From a virus (lineage: Duplodnaviria > Caudoviricetes), in the IMG/VR virus record IMGVR_UViG_3300037439_000134, positions 1 to 50,194 of that record: DNA of 50,194 nt; one strand, given 5' to 3'. Positions 33,480-42,697 of the stretch are shown here, one piece after another. A program made the position numbers and the translations under genes. The notes under the pieces were generated by a model. The model was not told the DNA's origin. It saw only the letters and a list, made by a program, of their open reading frames with translations, and searched no databases. The number at the start of each line of letters is the position of its first letter. Position 1 is the first letter of the stretch.

Positions 33480-35062
33480 TGGACCCGCTACGCGAAATCG
33501 TCCTACCCAAGTTCGCCAGCGTCCGCCGGTCCGGAGCCGGCTACGTCGTGCGGTGCCCAGCCCACGAGGACCGCACCGCCAGCCTCACCATCGGACCCGG
33601 CGAGAAACACCCCGTCGTGTTCCACTGCCAGGCCGGGTGCAACTCCGAGGAAGTGCTGACCGCGCTCGGGCTGACCTGGGGCGACCTGTCGAAGCCACGC
33701 GAGCAGACCGGCGGACGCGACGACGACTGGACCCCCGCCGGCCCGGCCGTGGCCATCTACGAATACCGCGACGAGCACGGCGAACTGCTGTTCCAGGTCT
33801 GCCGAACCGCGTCGAAGGCCTTCCGGCAGCGCACCCCCGACGCCACCGCCAAGAGTGGCTGGTCCTGGAAACTCGGCGACGTCCGGCGCGTGCTCTACCG
33901 GCTACCGGAGATCCTGAACGCCGTCCGCGACGGCCGGGAGATCTACCTGTGCGAGGGCGAGAAGGACGTCCACACGCTGGAGCGGCACGGGCTGGTGGCC
34001 ACGTGCAACCCCGGCGGCGCCGGCAAGTGGCGGCCCGAATACACCGAGACCCTCCGTGGTGCGGCGGTAGTCACCATCGTGGCCGACCGCGATGACCCCG
34101 GCCGGGCACATGCCCGCCAGGTGCGCGACGCGCTAGCCGCCTCAGTTGGGGCCGTCTACATCGTGGAGGCCAAGGCGGGCAAGGACGCCACCGACCACGT
34201 CAACGCCGGCCACAGCCTCGCTGAGCTGGAGATCACATCCAGCACCGAGCAGGAAGCCAGGCCACAGCTAGCGCTGGACCTGTGGCAGTTCATCGCCGTC
34301 GAGGACGACCCGTACGACTGGATCGTGCCCGGCCTTCTGGAGCGTGGCGACCGGCTCATCCTGACCGGATTCGAGGGACTCGGTAAGTCCATGCTCACCC
34401 GACAGATGGCCGTCATGATCGCCGCCGGGATGAACCCGTTCTACTGGAACGAGACCTTCCCGCCGGCCCGGGTGCTGTATATCGACTGCGAGAACAGCGA
34501 ACGCCAGGCCCGGCGGAAGTTCCGCCCGCTGGCTGCCGCGTCGATCAAGCACCACCACCGCGTACCTGACGGCGGCCTACGCCTGATCCACCGCCCCGAA
34601 GGCGTCGACCTCACCCGGGACGAATGGGCCGAGTGGCTCATGGAGCAGGTCACCGCACACCAGCCCGACGTGCTGTACATCGGGCCGTTCTATCGGCTGC
34701 ACAACGCCAACATGAACGAGGAGCTGCCGGCCAGGAAGACCGCCGCGGTGCTGGACAAGGCGCGCGTGGCTGGCGACTGCGTCCTGATCACCGAGGCCCA
34801 CTCCGGCCACGGCGACCAGGGCATGAGCCGGTCACTGCGTCCGGCTGGCTCTAGCCTGCTGCTGCGCTGGCCCGAGTTCGGCCTCGGGCTCCGCCCCGCG
34901 GGCAGCCGGCAACTGGCCGGGCGGCCACAAGACGTAGAAGTCGCGCACTGGCGCGGCGGCCGCGACGACCGGAAGTGGCCCAAGTACCTGACCATGGGCG
35001 ACCCACACGACTGGCCGTGGAAGTGGGCGCTGGGCATACCCGAGACCATCCAGGGGACCTGA
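33479..35062 (+). CDS. Primase-helicase (Zn-binding + TOPRIM + RecA-fold/AAA_25 helicase)
   Basis: CPAHED...HCQAGC; LCEGEKD; ADRDDPG; Walker A GFEGLGKS; YIDCEN. Confidence 0.9.
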   Translation: MDPLREIVLPKFASVRRSGAGYVVRCPAHEDRTASLTIGPGEKHPVVFHCQAGCNSEEVLTALGLTWGDLSKPREQTGGRDDDWTPAGPAVAIYEYRDEHGELLFQVCRTASKAFRQRTPDATAKSGWSWKLGDVRRVLYRLPEILNAVRDGREIYLCEGEKDVHTLERHGLVATCNPGGAGKWRPEYTETLRGAAVVTIVADRDDPGRAHARQVRDALAASVGAVYIVEAKAGKDATDHVNAGHSLAELEITSSTEQEARPQLALDLWQFIAVEDDPYDWIVPGLLERGDRLILTGFEGLGKSMLTRQMAVMIAAGMNPFYWNETFPPARVLYIDCENSERQARRKFRPLAAASIKHHHRVPDGGLRLIHRPEGVDLTRDEWAEWLMEQVTAHQPDVLYIGPFYRLHNANMNEELPARKTAAVLDKARVAGDCVLITEAHSGHGDQGMSRSLRPAGSSLLLRWPEFGLGLRPAGSRQLAGRPQDVEVAHWRGGRDDRKWPKYLTMGDPHDWPWKWALGIPETIQGT

Positions 35063-35232
35063 TGAAAGCCACGAACTGCACTCGCTGCGGCTGGCCGCTG
35101 GACCCGGCGGCAGCCCGCGGTGGACACACCCGCCACCCGAACTGTGACCCGGCGGACCAGCTTGGCGGCCAGTCCGCGATGGCCGCGCCCGACACCGAGC
35201 CCGAACCCGCCACCCGAGAGGACCGACCATGA
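35062..35232 (+). CDS. Small hypothetical protein (CxxC...HxxC)
   Basis: TGATG coupling. Confidence 0.55.
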   Translation: MKATNCTRCGWPLDPAAARGGHTRHPNCDPADQLGGQSAMAAPDTEPEPATREDRP

Positions 35233-35837
35233 CCGACCCGACCACCGACGCGCCGACGTGCGGCCACCGGTTCGTGCCCGCCGGGCGGGCCATCGCACAC
35301 CACGCGTGCACGCTGGACCTCGACCACCGCGGCGTCCACCACGACGCGACCAGCCGCACCGACTGGCCGAACGACCTGGTGGCGGCCGACGCCGAGCTAC
35401 GCACCAGCCACCCCGCACCCCGGCCCGCCGACGACGACCCGCGCGTCGGCGTGGCCGCCAACGCCATCGGCTGGGAACGCCGCCACCGCAGCCGGCCCGT
35501 TCTCGACCTCGGCGACGGCAACGCGCAGATCACCGTCACCGCCGCGGAGGCGGCCGAGGACATGCGTGCCGCCCGCCGGGTGGTGGCCCAGCTGGCCGAG
35601 TGGGACACCAGCCAGGCGCAGAACGCCACGACCGAGCGCATCACCGAGCTGACCGCCAGCTTCGGCCTGGAGCCGGAGCAGGAGATCCGCGCCCGGGCGC
35701 TCAACGCCGCCGCGCGGCTGCCGTACGCCGCACCGGACGCGGTGCGGGTGCTGGCCGTCGCCGCGATCTTCGCGGACTGGATTCAGGCCGGCATCCGCCC
35801 GGAGTCGAAGCCCAGGCCGCCGGTGGTGGTCGCGTGA
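35229..35837 (+). CDS. Hypothetical protein
   Basis: SD GAGGA; coupled. Confidence 0.65.
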   Translation: MTDPTTDAPTCGHRFVPAGRAIAHHACTLDLDHRGVHHDATSRTDWPNDLVAADAELRTSHPAPRPADDDPRVGVAANAIGWERRHRSRPVLDLGDGNAQITVTAAEAAEDMRAARRVVAQLAEWDTSQAQNATTERITELTASFGLEPEQEIRARALNAAARLPYAAPDAVRVLAVAAIFADWIQAGIRPESKPRPPVVVA

Positions 35838-36022
35838 CCGCCCCGCCCGCCGAGCTGTGCGACCACCGCTGGCCCGGTGCGTGCGTCTACCGCATCGGCT
35901 GGGCCGCCGTCGCCACCGGCGGCCACCGCTGCGCCGAGCCGGCCAGCCACGACGACCCGCAGCCGCCCGTGCACCGCTGCCGGGGCGGAGCAACCACCAC
36001 CACCCGAGAGGACGCATCATGA
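35834..36022 (+). CDS. Small Cys/His-rich protein
   Basis: Coupled on both sides. Confidence 0.45.
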   Translation: MTAPPAELCDHRWPGACVYRIGWAAVATGGHRCAEPASHDDPQPPVHRCRGGATTTTREDAS

Positions 36023-36339
36023 TCGGAATCACCGAGCTGACCCTCGACGCCATCCGCGCCGAGGCGTTGAAGGCCATCAGCAAGCACAGCATCGACCGGA
36101 CGCCGGCCAGTCCGCACATGACCAACGGCGACCGGCTCGCCATCGTCGTTGAAGAGATCGGCGAGGTGGCCCGGGCGATGACCTACGACCAGGACCCGCT
36201 GAACCTGGAGCGGGAGCTGATCCAAGTCGCGGCGATGGTGGCGATGTGGATCGACGGGTTGAGCCCGCGTAGCCGACGGATGGAGGAGGCCGGTACCGCC
36301 GCGACCGAGGTCACCACTACCCGAGAGGACACCCGATGA
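36019..36339 (+). CDS. MazG-like nucleotide pyrophosphohydrolase
   Basis: IVVEEIGEVARA...LERELIQVAAM all-alpha NTP-PPase motif. Confidence 0.75.
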   Translation: MIGITELTLDAIRAEALKAISKHSIDRTPASPHMTNGDRLAIVVEEIGEVARAMTYDQDPLNLERELIQVAAMVAMWIDGLSPRSRRMEEAGTAATEVTTTREDTR

Positions 36340-37652
36340 GCACCGACCCGACCACCCAGCGGACCGTCTCCGGCGCCGAAGGGCCGCCGCCGAGCACGCC
36401 GCTCGGCCCACCCAAGCCGGTTGCCCGGCCGGCCGCCGCCCTGTGTGAGGCGACCGAGCACGGCCGGGAGGGTGAGCCGGAGCCGTGCGGCCGGGAGCGG
36501 CCGTGCCCGGCCCAGGACACCGGCGTGCCGGAGCTGATCGCCGAGCTGGGGCACTGGGGTGCCAACCAGCCTGACCGGCCGCCCCGGGGCGCCCCACCGG
36601 CCGCCGTCCCCAACCCGCCGCCCACCGGCCCGGCCATCCTGGGACGGGCGCTGCTGGACGGCCAGGGGAACGCGTGGCCTGCCAACGACCGGGAGTGGGC
36701 GGAGAGCGAGCGCGGCCCGGTGCGCGAGGTGCTGCTGGTGGACCCGGCCGTCGCCCGGGCGCTGGCCGAGCTGCGGCGATGGGTGCGTGATTGGGAGGCC
36801 GGTAGCGAGCCGGACGATCAGGCTCTGGTCGCCGCCGCCGTGGACGCGCTGCCGGACGCCGGCACGGACACCCCGACCACCACCGGGGAGGCGTCCGCGC
36901 AGGTCACGCCGGCAAACGGAGGGGACACCGGGGCGGACACCACCCCGGAGGATGAGCTGGCCGACGGGCAGCGGGCGATCTACGACCACGTGGTGGGAGC
37001 CCCGCCGGCCGGCGGCGCCGGGTGGGACCGGGACACCATCGCGATGGCGCGGGCCGAGTTGCACCAGTTCCCGTCGATGCAGGCCGCGCTTGACGCCCTG
37101 CTCGCGGACTGGGACGCGGCGGATTCCGATCGGGACGCGCTGGAGCGCTCGCTGATGCGGAGGCGGCAGCAGCTGCGGGCGGTCCACGCCGACGCCGACC
37201 GCCTCCGCGACGAGCTGGCCGAGCGGACACGCGAGCGGGACTACTCCGACGCGGCGCTGGAGGCCGCCGCCCGCGACATGGCGCAGACGACCACCGACCG
37301 GGACCGTCCGGCAGCACCGCGACTGTGGCTGGAGGCTGAGCGTGAGCGTCACCGCGCTGAGCTGGCCGAGGTCCGCGCCGAGCTGGAGTACGTGCGCGCC
37401 GACCGGGAGGGCCTGGACCTCCAGCGGAACCGGCTGCTGGCGGAGCGGATAGGCACCCGCCAGCGCGCCGCAGCCGACGCGCTGGAGGAGGCAGCCAACG
37501 ACGCCAGCGTGCTGCTGGAGTCGGGCGCCCGGGCGTTCACCGCTCGTGGATTGCGTGCACGAGCCGACATCATCCGCGCAGACGGGCGTCCCGTCCCCGG
37601 CAGCCCGCAGCCGGCCCCGGCCGGTGGAGAGGAGCCCGACCATGGCGAGTGA
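36336..37652 (+). CDS. Hypothetical mosaic protein with coiled coil
   Basis: 438 aa with GC3 bias; coupled. Confidence 0.7.
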   Translation: MSTDPTTQRTVSGAEGPPPSTPLGPPKPVARPAAALCEATEHGREGEPEPCGRERPCPAQDTGVPELIAELGHWGANQPDRPPRGAPPAAVPNPPPTGPAILGRALLDGQGNAWPANDREWAESERGPVREVLLVDPAVARALAELRRWVRDWEAGSEPDDQALVAAAVDALPDAGTDTPTTTGEASAQVTPANGGDTGADTTPEDELADGQRAIYDHVVGAPPAGGAGWDRDTIAMARAELHQFPSMQAALDALLADWDAADSDRDALERSLMRRRQQLRAVHADADRLRDELAERTRERDYSDAALEAAARDMAQTTTDRDRPAAPRLWLEAERERHRAELAEVRAELEYVRADREGLDLQRNRLLAERIGTRQRAAADALEEAANDASVLLESGARAFTARGLRARADIIRADGRPVPGSPQPAPAGGEEPDHGE

Positions 37653-37854
37653 CCTTCAGACCCGCGCTAGGCGAGGCGTTCGGGGGCACCGGCCGGCCCG
37701 GCACGGTCCCGGGGACTGGCGGTGCACATGCGGCATCCGGCTCTCCGGCGGCCCACTCGGCTCCGGCCAGCGCGGCGCACGGGACGTGCTGAGATTTCAC
37801 CGCCTGGACCTGCTGATGCCGGCCACCACCCAGGCCGAGACGGAGGGACCATGA
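37642..37854 (+). CDS. Small hypothetical protein
   Basis: SD AGGAG; WRCTCG. Confidence 0.55.
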   Translation: MASDLQTRARRGVRGHRPARHGPGDWRCTCGIRLSGGPLGSGQRGARDVLRFHRLDLLMPATTQAETEGP

Positions 37855-38207
37855 CCGCCACCACCGACCTACCGACCACACCCGCCGAAGCGCTGCGCTG
37901 GGCCGCCACCCGCTGGGTCCGTGAAGCGTTCGGGGTGAACGAGTGGCCTACCCCGGAAGCGTTGCGCCTCTGGGCCGACGAGCTGGACGCCGCCCCGACC
38001 ACGTGGGCGCTTCCGCCGGAGCCCGGCCCGGAGGTGGTCGAGCTGTGGGACCAGGGTGGCGAGCGCTGGGAGCGCAGCGACGACGAGGACGCCCCGGACG
38101 GCTGGGTGCGGGACAGAGGCGAAGGCGTGTACGAGTGGGCCGAGATGCTGATGCACGGCCCGCTGTCCGCCGTCCCACCCGAGCAGACGGAGGTCAGCGA
38201 TGCCTGA
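37851..38207 (+). CDS. Hypothetical protein
   Basis: SD GGAGG; ALPPEPGPEV...HGPLS motif. Confidence 0.65.
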   Translation: MTATTDLPTTPAEALRWAATRWVREAFGVNEWPTPEALRLWADELDAAPTTWALPPEPGPEVVELWDQGGERWERSDDEDAPDGWVRDRGEGVYEWAEMLMHGPLSAVPPEQTEVSDA

Positions 38208-38406
38208 CCCGATTCGGTCCGCCATCTCGCCGCGTCCAGCGCCCACGAGGCGTGGCGAGTGCCCGCACTGCGGCACTCAGGTCGACGGCGTGCACATCGC
38301 TGGCACCGTCTACGACTTCCAGTGTGATCCCTGCGTCGAGGCTGTAGACGATGGCTTCCGGGCGTTCGTGGACAACCTGATCGGGGAGGTGCCCGATGCC
38401 GGCTGA
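38200..38406 (+). CDS. Small zinc-ribbon-like protein
   Basis: CPHC...CDPC; SD GGAGGT. Confidence 0.6.
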   Translation: MPDPIRSAISPRPAPTRRGECPHCGTQVDGVHIAGTVYDFQCDPCVEAVDDGFRAFVDNLIGEVPDAG

Positions 38407-38683
38407 CCGCCGCTATCCCGCCTTCCGCGCCTGGCTGGTGCGCCTGCTCGGGTACGGGGCGCTGGCCATGGTGCTGATAGCCGTCGTGATGGTGTGGCTC
38501 ATCCTGCCGTGGCTGGACGGAATGCACTGGCCGCTGGCGGCGGCTGCCGCCCTGCCCGCCGGGTGGCTGCTCGGCGCGGTGGCCATGTACGTGGTCACGA
38601 CCGCGCTGCGCGACCGCGAGCAGGCCGCCCGGCGCGAGCTGGAGGAGCGGGCACGGCAGCTGGAGCGTGGTGACCATGGCTGA
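38396..38683 (+). CDS. Membrane protein (2 TM)
   Basis: SD GGAGGT; two hydrophobic helices. Confidence 0.65.
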   Translation: MPADRRYPAFRAWLVRLLGYGALAMVLIAVVMVWLILPWLDGMHWPLAAAAALPAGWLLGAVAMYVVTTALRDREQAARRELEERARQLERGDHG

Positions 38684-38940
38684 GCACGACCCGACCCCGG
38701 CCTACCATTGCGGCGCCTGCGGATGCGGCGACCCCACCTGGACAGTCACCCGCCGCGGCGACGCCGCCGTGTCCTGGGCGTGCGACGCCCATCTCGCTGC
38801 CACTGCTCACCGGTTGCAACGGGACTGGGAGGTGACCGAACTGGTTGTCCGGCTGCGGCCCAAGGCTGTCGAGTGGGCGGAGATTGGCCAGCGGCTAGCC
38901 GAGGTGACCAAGGATGGTGACCATGGCTGAGCACGACCCG
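38668..38940 (+). repeat. Exact 26-bp direct repeats flanking one gene
   Basis: TGGTGACCATGGCTGAGCACGACCCG at 38668-38693 and 38915-38940. Confidence 0.9.
38676..38930 (+). CDS. Hypothetical protein
   Basis: ATGGCTGA overlap; HCGAC...WACDAH. Confidence 0.65.
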   Translation: MAEHDPTPAYHCGACGCGDPTWTVTRRGDAAVSWACDAHLAATAHRLQRDWEVTELVVRLRPKAVEWAEIGQRLAEVTKDGDHG

Positions 38941-39228
38941 GCCACGGTGGCGCTGGTGGTGGCAGCCCTGGGCAACGTCGGGATCTGGAGCAACGAGAGC
39001 GGAACCTGGGTCAGCCCGGAGCGCAAGGCCGTGGCGGTGCTGGACGCGCTCACCGCCGCCAGCTGGCGACCGCCGCCACCGGAGCCCGACGGCATCCACT
39101 GGCGCACCGGCGGCAGCGTCGGGTGCACCATCTACAACCCGTACGGCGACCTGGCCGGGATGATGCGCACCCCCGAGGCCGCCGCGGCCGTGGTGCGGGA
39201 CCTGAACGCGCGGGCCGACCATGGCTGA
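38923..39228 (+). CDS. Hypothetical protein
   Basis: ATGGCTGA overlap. Confidence 0.6.
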   Translation: MAEHDPATVALVVAALGNVGIWSNESGTWVSPERKAVAVLDALTAASWRPPPPEPDGIHWRTGGSVGCTIYNPYGDLAGMMRTPEAAAAVVRDLNARADHG

Positions 39229-39442
39229 CTACTGGCCCGATATCGAGCACTTCCTGGCTGAACTGGACCGCCTGCGCAAGACGGTCCTCTGTCCGCCTGA
39301 GCTGGTCGCCGACGTCGAGGCGCTGATTCGCCAGCACAGCCCAACCCCGGGACTGTGGACCGTGCACCCGTCGGAGTTCACCGACGGGAACATCTACGTC
39401 GTCAACAACGAGGCGCTCGGGTTCGAGGTCGACCATGTCTAG
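39221..39442 (+). CDS. Hypothetical protein
   Basis: ATGGCTGA overlap. Confidence 0.6.
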   Translation: MADYWPDIEHFLAELDRLRKTVLCPPELVADVEALIRQHSPTPGLWTVHPSEFTDGNIYVVNNEALGFEVDHV

Positions 39443-40349
39443 CGCGGCCTGCGCTGCCTGCGGTCGGCCGGTGCCGGACACCGCCTACGTCTGCGCCGGC
39501 TGCGCAGACTGCGGCACTGAGCCGCGCTGTGGCCGGTGCCTCGCCGACCAGCTCCGGACGCGGGCCGGGCTGTGGCCGGACCTGCTCGCCACCGCCGCCG
39601 GCCAGGCCCGCATGGCCGACCCCGGACCCCGGGCCCGCGGCATGGCCCCGGCCGAGCCGGTCCGGCCCGACGCCGGCGAGCTGCGGCACTACGCCGACCA
39701 GGTCGACGGCCCACCGGCCGGCCTGCCGTTCCGGTGGGGCGCGGCCGAGATCCGTGACGACGTGCGCAACACGGTGACCACCTGGTGCCGGGTGGTGCTG
39801 GACGAACGCTCGCCAGCCCCGGCCGAGGTGCGTGTCCTGACCGGCATCCGCGACCTGGCCCGCTGGGGTGGGCCGCCGGCGGACACCCCCGGCATGATGC
39901 GGTGGCTGGCTGGCCAGCTCGGCTGGTGCCGCTACCAGCGGTGGGCCGACGAGATGTGGGACGACCTGGGCGACCAGCTCCGGCGCATCGAGCCGGCGGT
40001 GGACCGGCCGCCACCCCGGCTGGACGCCGGCCCGTGCCTGTCCCCCACCCCGGCCGGACCGTGCCGGCAGCGCCTGTCAGCGCCACCCAGGGCCGCTGTG
40101 GTGCACTGCCCCGTGTGCCGGGCAGTCCACAGCGCCACCGAGCGCTCAGCGGCGATCCTGGCCGCCGCGGCCGACGTCCGGCTGACCGCCCAGGAGTGCG
40201 CCACCCTGCTGAGCCTGCACGGCTGGCCCACCCCGGCCGGCACGGTCCGGTCGTGGGCGTCGCGGCAGCGGCTGACCGTGGCCGGGCTGATCCGGTTCGG
40301 GGCGGTGTACGACCTGCGGGTCGGGATGAGAGAGAGGATCAGGGCATGA
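39435..40349 (+). CDS. Zn-ribbon + C-terminal HTH protein, possible late regulator
   Basis: Several CxxC motifs; LTAQECATLL...AGTVRSWASRQRL HTH; lies upstream of the packaging genes. Confidence 0.6.
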   Translation: MSSAACAACGRPVPDTAYVCAGCADCGTEPRCGRCLADQLRTRAGLWPDLLATAAGQARMADPGPRARGMAPAEPVRPDAGELRHYADQVDGPPAGLPFRWGAAEIRDDVRNTVTTWCRVVLDERSPAPAEVRVLTGIRDLARWGGPPADTPGMMRWLAGQLGWCRYQRWADEMWDDLGDQLRRIEPAVDRPPPRLDAGPCLSPTPAGPCRQRLSAPPRAAVVHCPVCRAVHSATERSAAILAAAADVRLTAQECATLLSLHGWPTPAGTVRSWASRQRLTVAGLIRFGAVYDLRVGMRERIRA

Positions 40350-40888
40350 CCACCACCATCGACGGACGGTCCGTCGACCTGCTCGACCTCCACGTCGAAA
40401 CCGAACAGATCGACGTGACCGCGGCTACCGAAACCCACCCTGACCCAAGGTGGGAGGTAACCGACCGGGCTGGCCACTACCATGCATGGACCACTGACGG
40501 CACCCTGCCGACCCTCACCGAAACCAGCGAGCACCAGGAATGCGCCGGCGGCCATGACGCGGACTTCGACTGCTGCGAAGGCTACGAAGTCACTGTGCAC
40601 CACTGCACGATCTGCGGCGAGAGGGTCGAACCGGCGACCATCGCCTCAACTGGGACGCGCCGGTTGATACCCGGCCGGGAGTCCTGGACAGTCAAGGTCA
40701 CCATGCCGAATCCACCAGTCGCACCCCTGCGAACCGGCGACCGCGTCTCGGTCAGGACGGAAGACGCAGGCACGGTGTACTTCGGCGTCGGAATCCCGAC
40801 GGCCGAGACGATCGGCGTGGACTGGTGGACCGTGACGGTCGATGGATGCGGGCCTCTTGGGCGGCGGGCGGTGAGTACCGGTGACTGA
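40346..40888 (+). CDS. Hypothetical protein
   Basis: SD GAGGA; coupled. Confidence 0.65.
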   Translation: MTTTIDGRSVDLLDLHVETEQIDVTAATETHPDPRWEVTDRAGHYHAWTTDGTLPTLTETSEHQECAGGHDADFDCCEGYEVTVHHCTICGERVEPATIASTGTRRLIPGRESWTVKVTMPNPPVAPLRTGDRVSVRTEDAGTVYFGVGIPTAETIGVDWWTVTVDGCGPLGRRAVSTGD

Positions 40889-41093
40889 GTGCGTGATCTA
40901 CCTGGACCCGTGCATGTTCATACCGACCGGGACCACGCCACAGGAACGGGCCGAGTCCAAGGCGCGGATCATCGCCGACATGCAGGACTACGCCGACCGC
41001 CTGAACGAGCACGGCGGACCCTGGCCGATAGTGGTCGGGATTCCGCCGTGGATGGCACCGACCGAGGACTGGCTTCCCGAGGAGACATCATGA
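40881..41093 (+). CDS. Hypothetical protein
   Basis: Coupled. Confidence 0.55.
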   Translation: MTECVIYLDPCMFIPTGTTPQERAESKARIIADMQDYADRLNEHGGPWPIVVGIPPWMAPTEDWLPEETS

Positions 41094-41356
41094 ACCTACT
41101 GTGGCCACGCTGGCGCCAAGAGCGCGAGCTGCGTAACCTCCGGGAGCTGGCGAAGGCAACCAACCCGGACATCGGCGTCAGCCCCAGCCAGTACGCCCGC
41201 ATCAGCCCCGGCGGCCGGCATACCCCGATCCTCGGCCGCTTCAACGTGTTTGTGCCCGGCGTTGTCGCCTACGGACCATGCACGCTGCGTGCTGCCCGCG
41301 AGCGCATCCAGATGCTCGCGGAAGCGAAGACGCCGGGGAGTGGCGGCGAAAGTTGA
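41090..41356 (+). CDS. Hypothetical protein
   Basis: SD GAGGAG; coupled. Confidence 0.6.
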   Translation: MNLLWPRWRQERELRNLRELAKATNPDIGVSPSQYARISPGGRHTPILGRFNVFVPGVVAYGPCTLRAARERIQMLAEAKTPGSGGES

Positions 41357-41381
41357 CAGCTCAACCGATCCTTGCAACGAT
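41353..41381 (+). promoter_or_regulatory. Candidate late promoter
   Basis: TTGACA-17 bp-AACGAT at the first real gap before the packaging module. Confidence 0.4.
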
Positions 41382-41441
41382 GGCCTCACTATGCTCGCCC
41401 TCCGTGGCTGAGCCGGTGAAGCCGGGAACCCGGAGGCACCA

Positions 41442-41702
41442 GTGACCACCCCCGACCCGGACCTCGCCCGCAAGTGGGAGCGGGCCGACGAACAGCTCAC
41501 CATCCTGGCGGGCGCAGCCGCCGCGGACCTGCTGCACCAACCACCGCACAAGGTCGCACTCGGCCTCGCCCAGCTGCTGCACCAGCGCTACCAGCCGGAC
41601 ATCATCCTCGGCTACGCGGCCATGGCCATCACCCGCCTCGGCATGGCGCAGAAGGCCCGCCTCGAAAACGGGGGGACGGACGCCACCCCCCCACCCTCCT
41701 GA
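41442..41702 (+). CDS. Hypothetical protein
   Basis: SD GGAGG upstream of GTG. Confidence 0.6.
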   Translation: MTTPDPDLARKWERADEQLTILAGAAAADLLHQPPHKVALGLAQLLHQRYQPDIILGYAAMAITRLGMAQKARLENGGTDATPPPS

Positions 41703-41703
41703 A

Positions 41704-42036
41704 ATGCCCCTGGTCCCCTGCCTGCAATGCGGGGGTCTCATCGACAAGGGGGCATCTCGCCGGGAGGGTAGGCGCAAGCGCGGATGGGGTCGCTGCGCGC
41801 GGTGCGCAGCCGGCAGCTACATCAGCAGCGCGGAGACATCGCGCCGGGCCGCGGCGGTGGCTCAACATCGGGGGGGGTCGGGAAACTGGTGCCCCGGGTG
41901 GCGCACCCCACCCCACCCCGCCACGGACCTGACCGCTGATCACGTTGTCGCTGTCCGCGCAGGCGGCGCGGAGGCTGGGCCGCTGGCTGTGTTGTGTCGC
42001 TCGTGCAACTCGTCACGCAAGGCAGCCAGCTGGTAG
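41704..42036 (+). CDS. Terminase-associated HNH endonuclease
   Basis: DLTADHVVAVRAGG...LAVLCRSCNS; immediately upstream of terS. Confidence 0.82.
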   Translation: MPLVPCLQCGGLIDKGASRREGRRKRGWGRCARCAAGSYISSAETSRRAAAVAQHRGGSGNWCPGWRTPPHPATDLTADHVVAVRAGGAEAGPLAVLCRSCNSSRKAASW

Positions 42037-42184
42037 GGACACCCCGGGGGGCGGGGTCGACACGCATCGATGAGGGGCGGCCCCAAGGACCCTCGCTCCT
42101 CGGAAGTTCGCGTGTTAACACTGGGTCCGCGTTTGCCCTGAGTACAGCTTTTTCATATCGTCCCCGGTTGATGGGATAGACGTA
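42037..42184. other. Probable cos/packaging region
   Basis: Non-coding gap between HNH and terS with a CCCCGGGGGGCGGGG run, as in HK97-type cos phages; exact site not determinable. Confidence 0.45.
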
Positions 42185-42697
42185 ATGCCCAAGACCAAGC
42201 GACCTGCGGGAATGACGGTCGACAAGCGCAACGGTCGCCGTGCTGACCTGCAGGTGGTTGCGGGTGGTCGCTTCGACCCGCCGGCGAGCCTGTCAGGGCA
42301 GGCGCTGGCGTTGTGGGACCTGTACTGGCAGGACACCGTCGCGACGGTGGCGACCGTCGTAGATCAGGGGCTGCTGGTCCGGTGGATCACCGAGTACGAC
42401 CGCTACCTGCGCACGGTCGGCGAGGCGGACCAGCGGCCGATCGTGGAGGGCTCCACCGGCCAGGCGGTCGAGAACCCGCTCTACAAGATCGCCTACCGGG
42501 CGCTGGACGCCGCCGAGCGGTGCGAGCGGCAGCTGGGCATCGGCCCGCTGCACCGGTCGAACCTCGGCATAGCGGTGATCACTGAGCGGAAGTCGCTGGC
42601 GGAGATGAACGCGCGCTACGGGGGTGCCGATGCCGACGACGGCGACGACTCGGCCGACGCGCAACCGCGTGCCGACCCGCGGATCATCGAAGCCTGA
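42185..42697 (+). CDS. terS: Terminase small subunit (P27-like)
   Basis: DPPASLS...W; GSTGQAVENPL...ERQLGIGPLHRSNLG. Confidence 0.85.
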   Translation: MPKTKRPAGMTVDKRNGRRADLQVVAGGRFDPPASLSGQALALWDLYWQDTVATVATVVDQGLLVRWITEYDRYLRTVGEADQRPIVEGSTGQAVENPLYKIAYRALDAAERCERQLGIGPLHRSNLGIAVITERKSLAEMNARYGGADADDGDDSADAQPRADPRIIEA

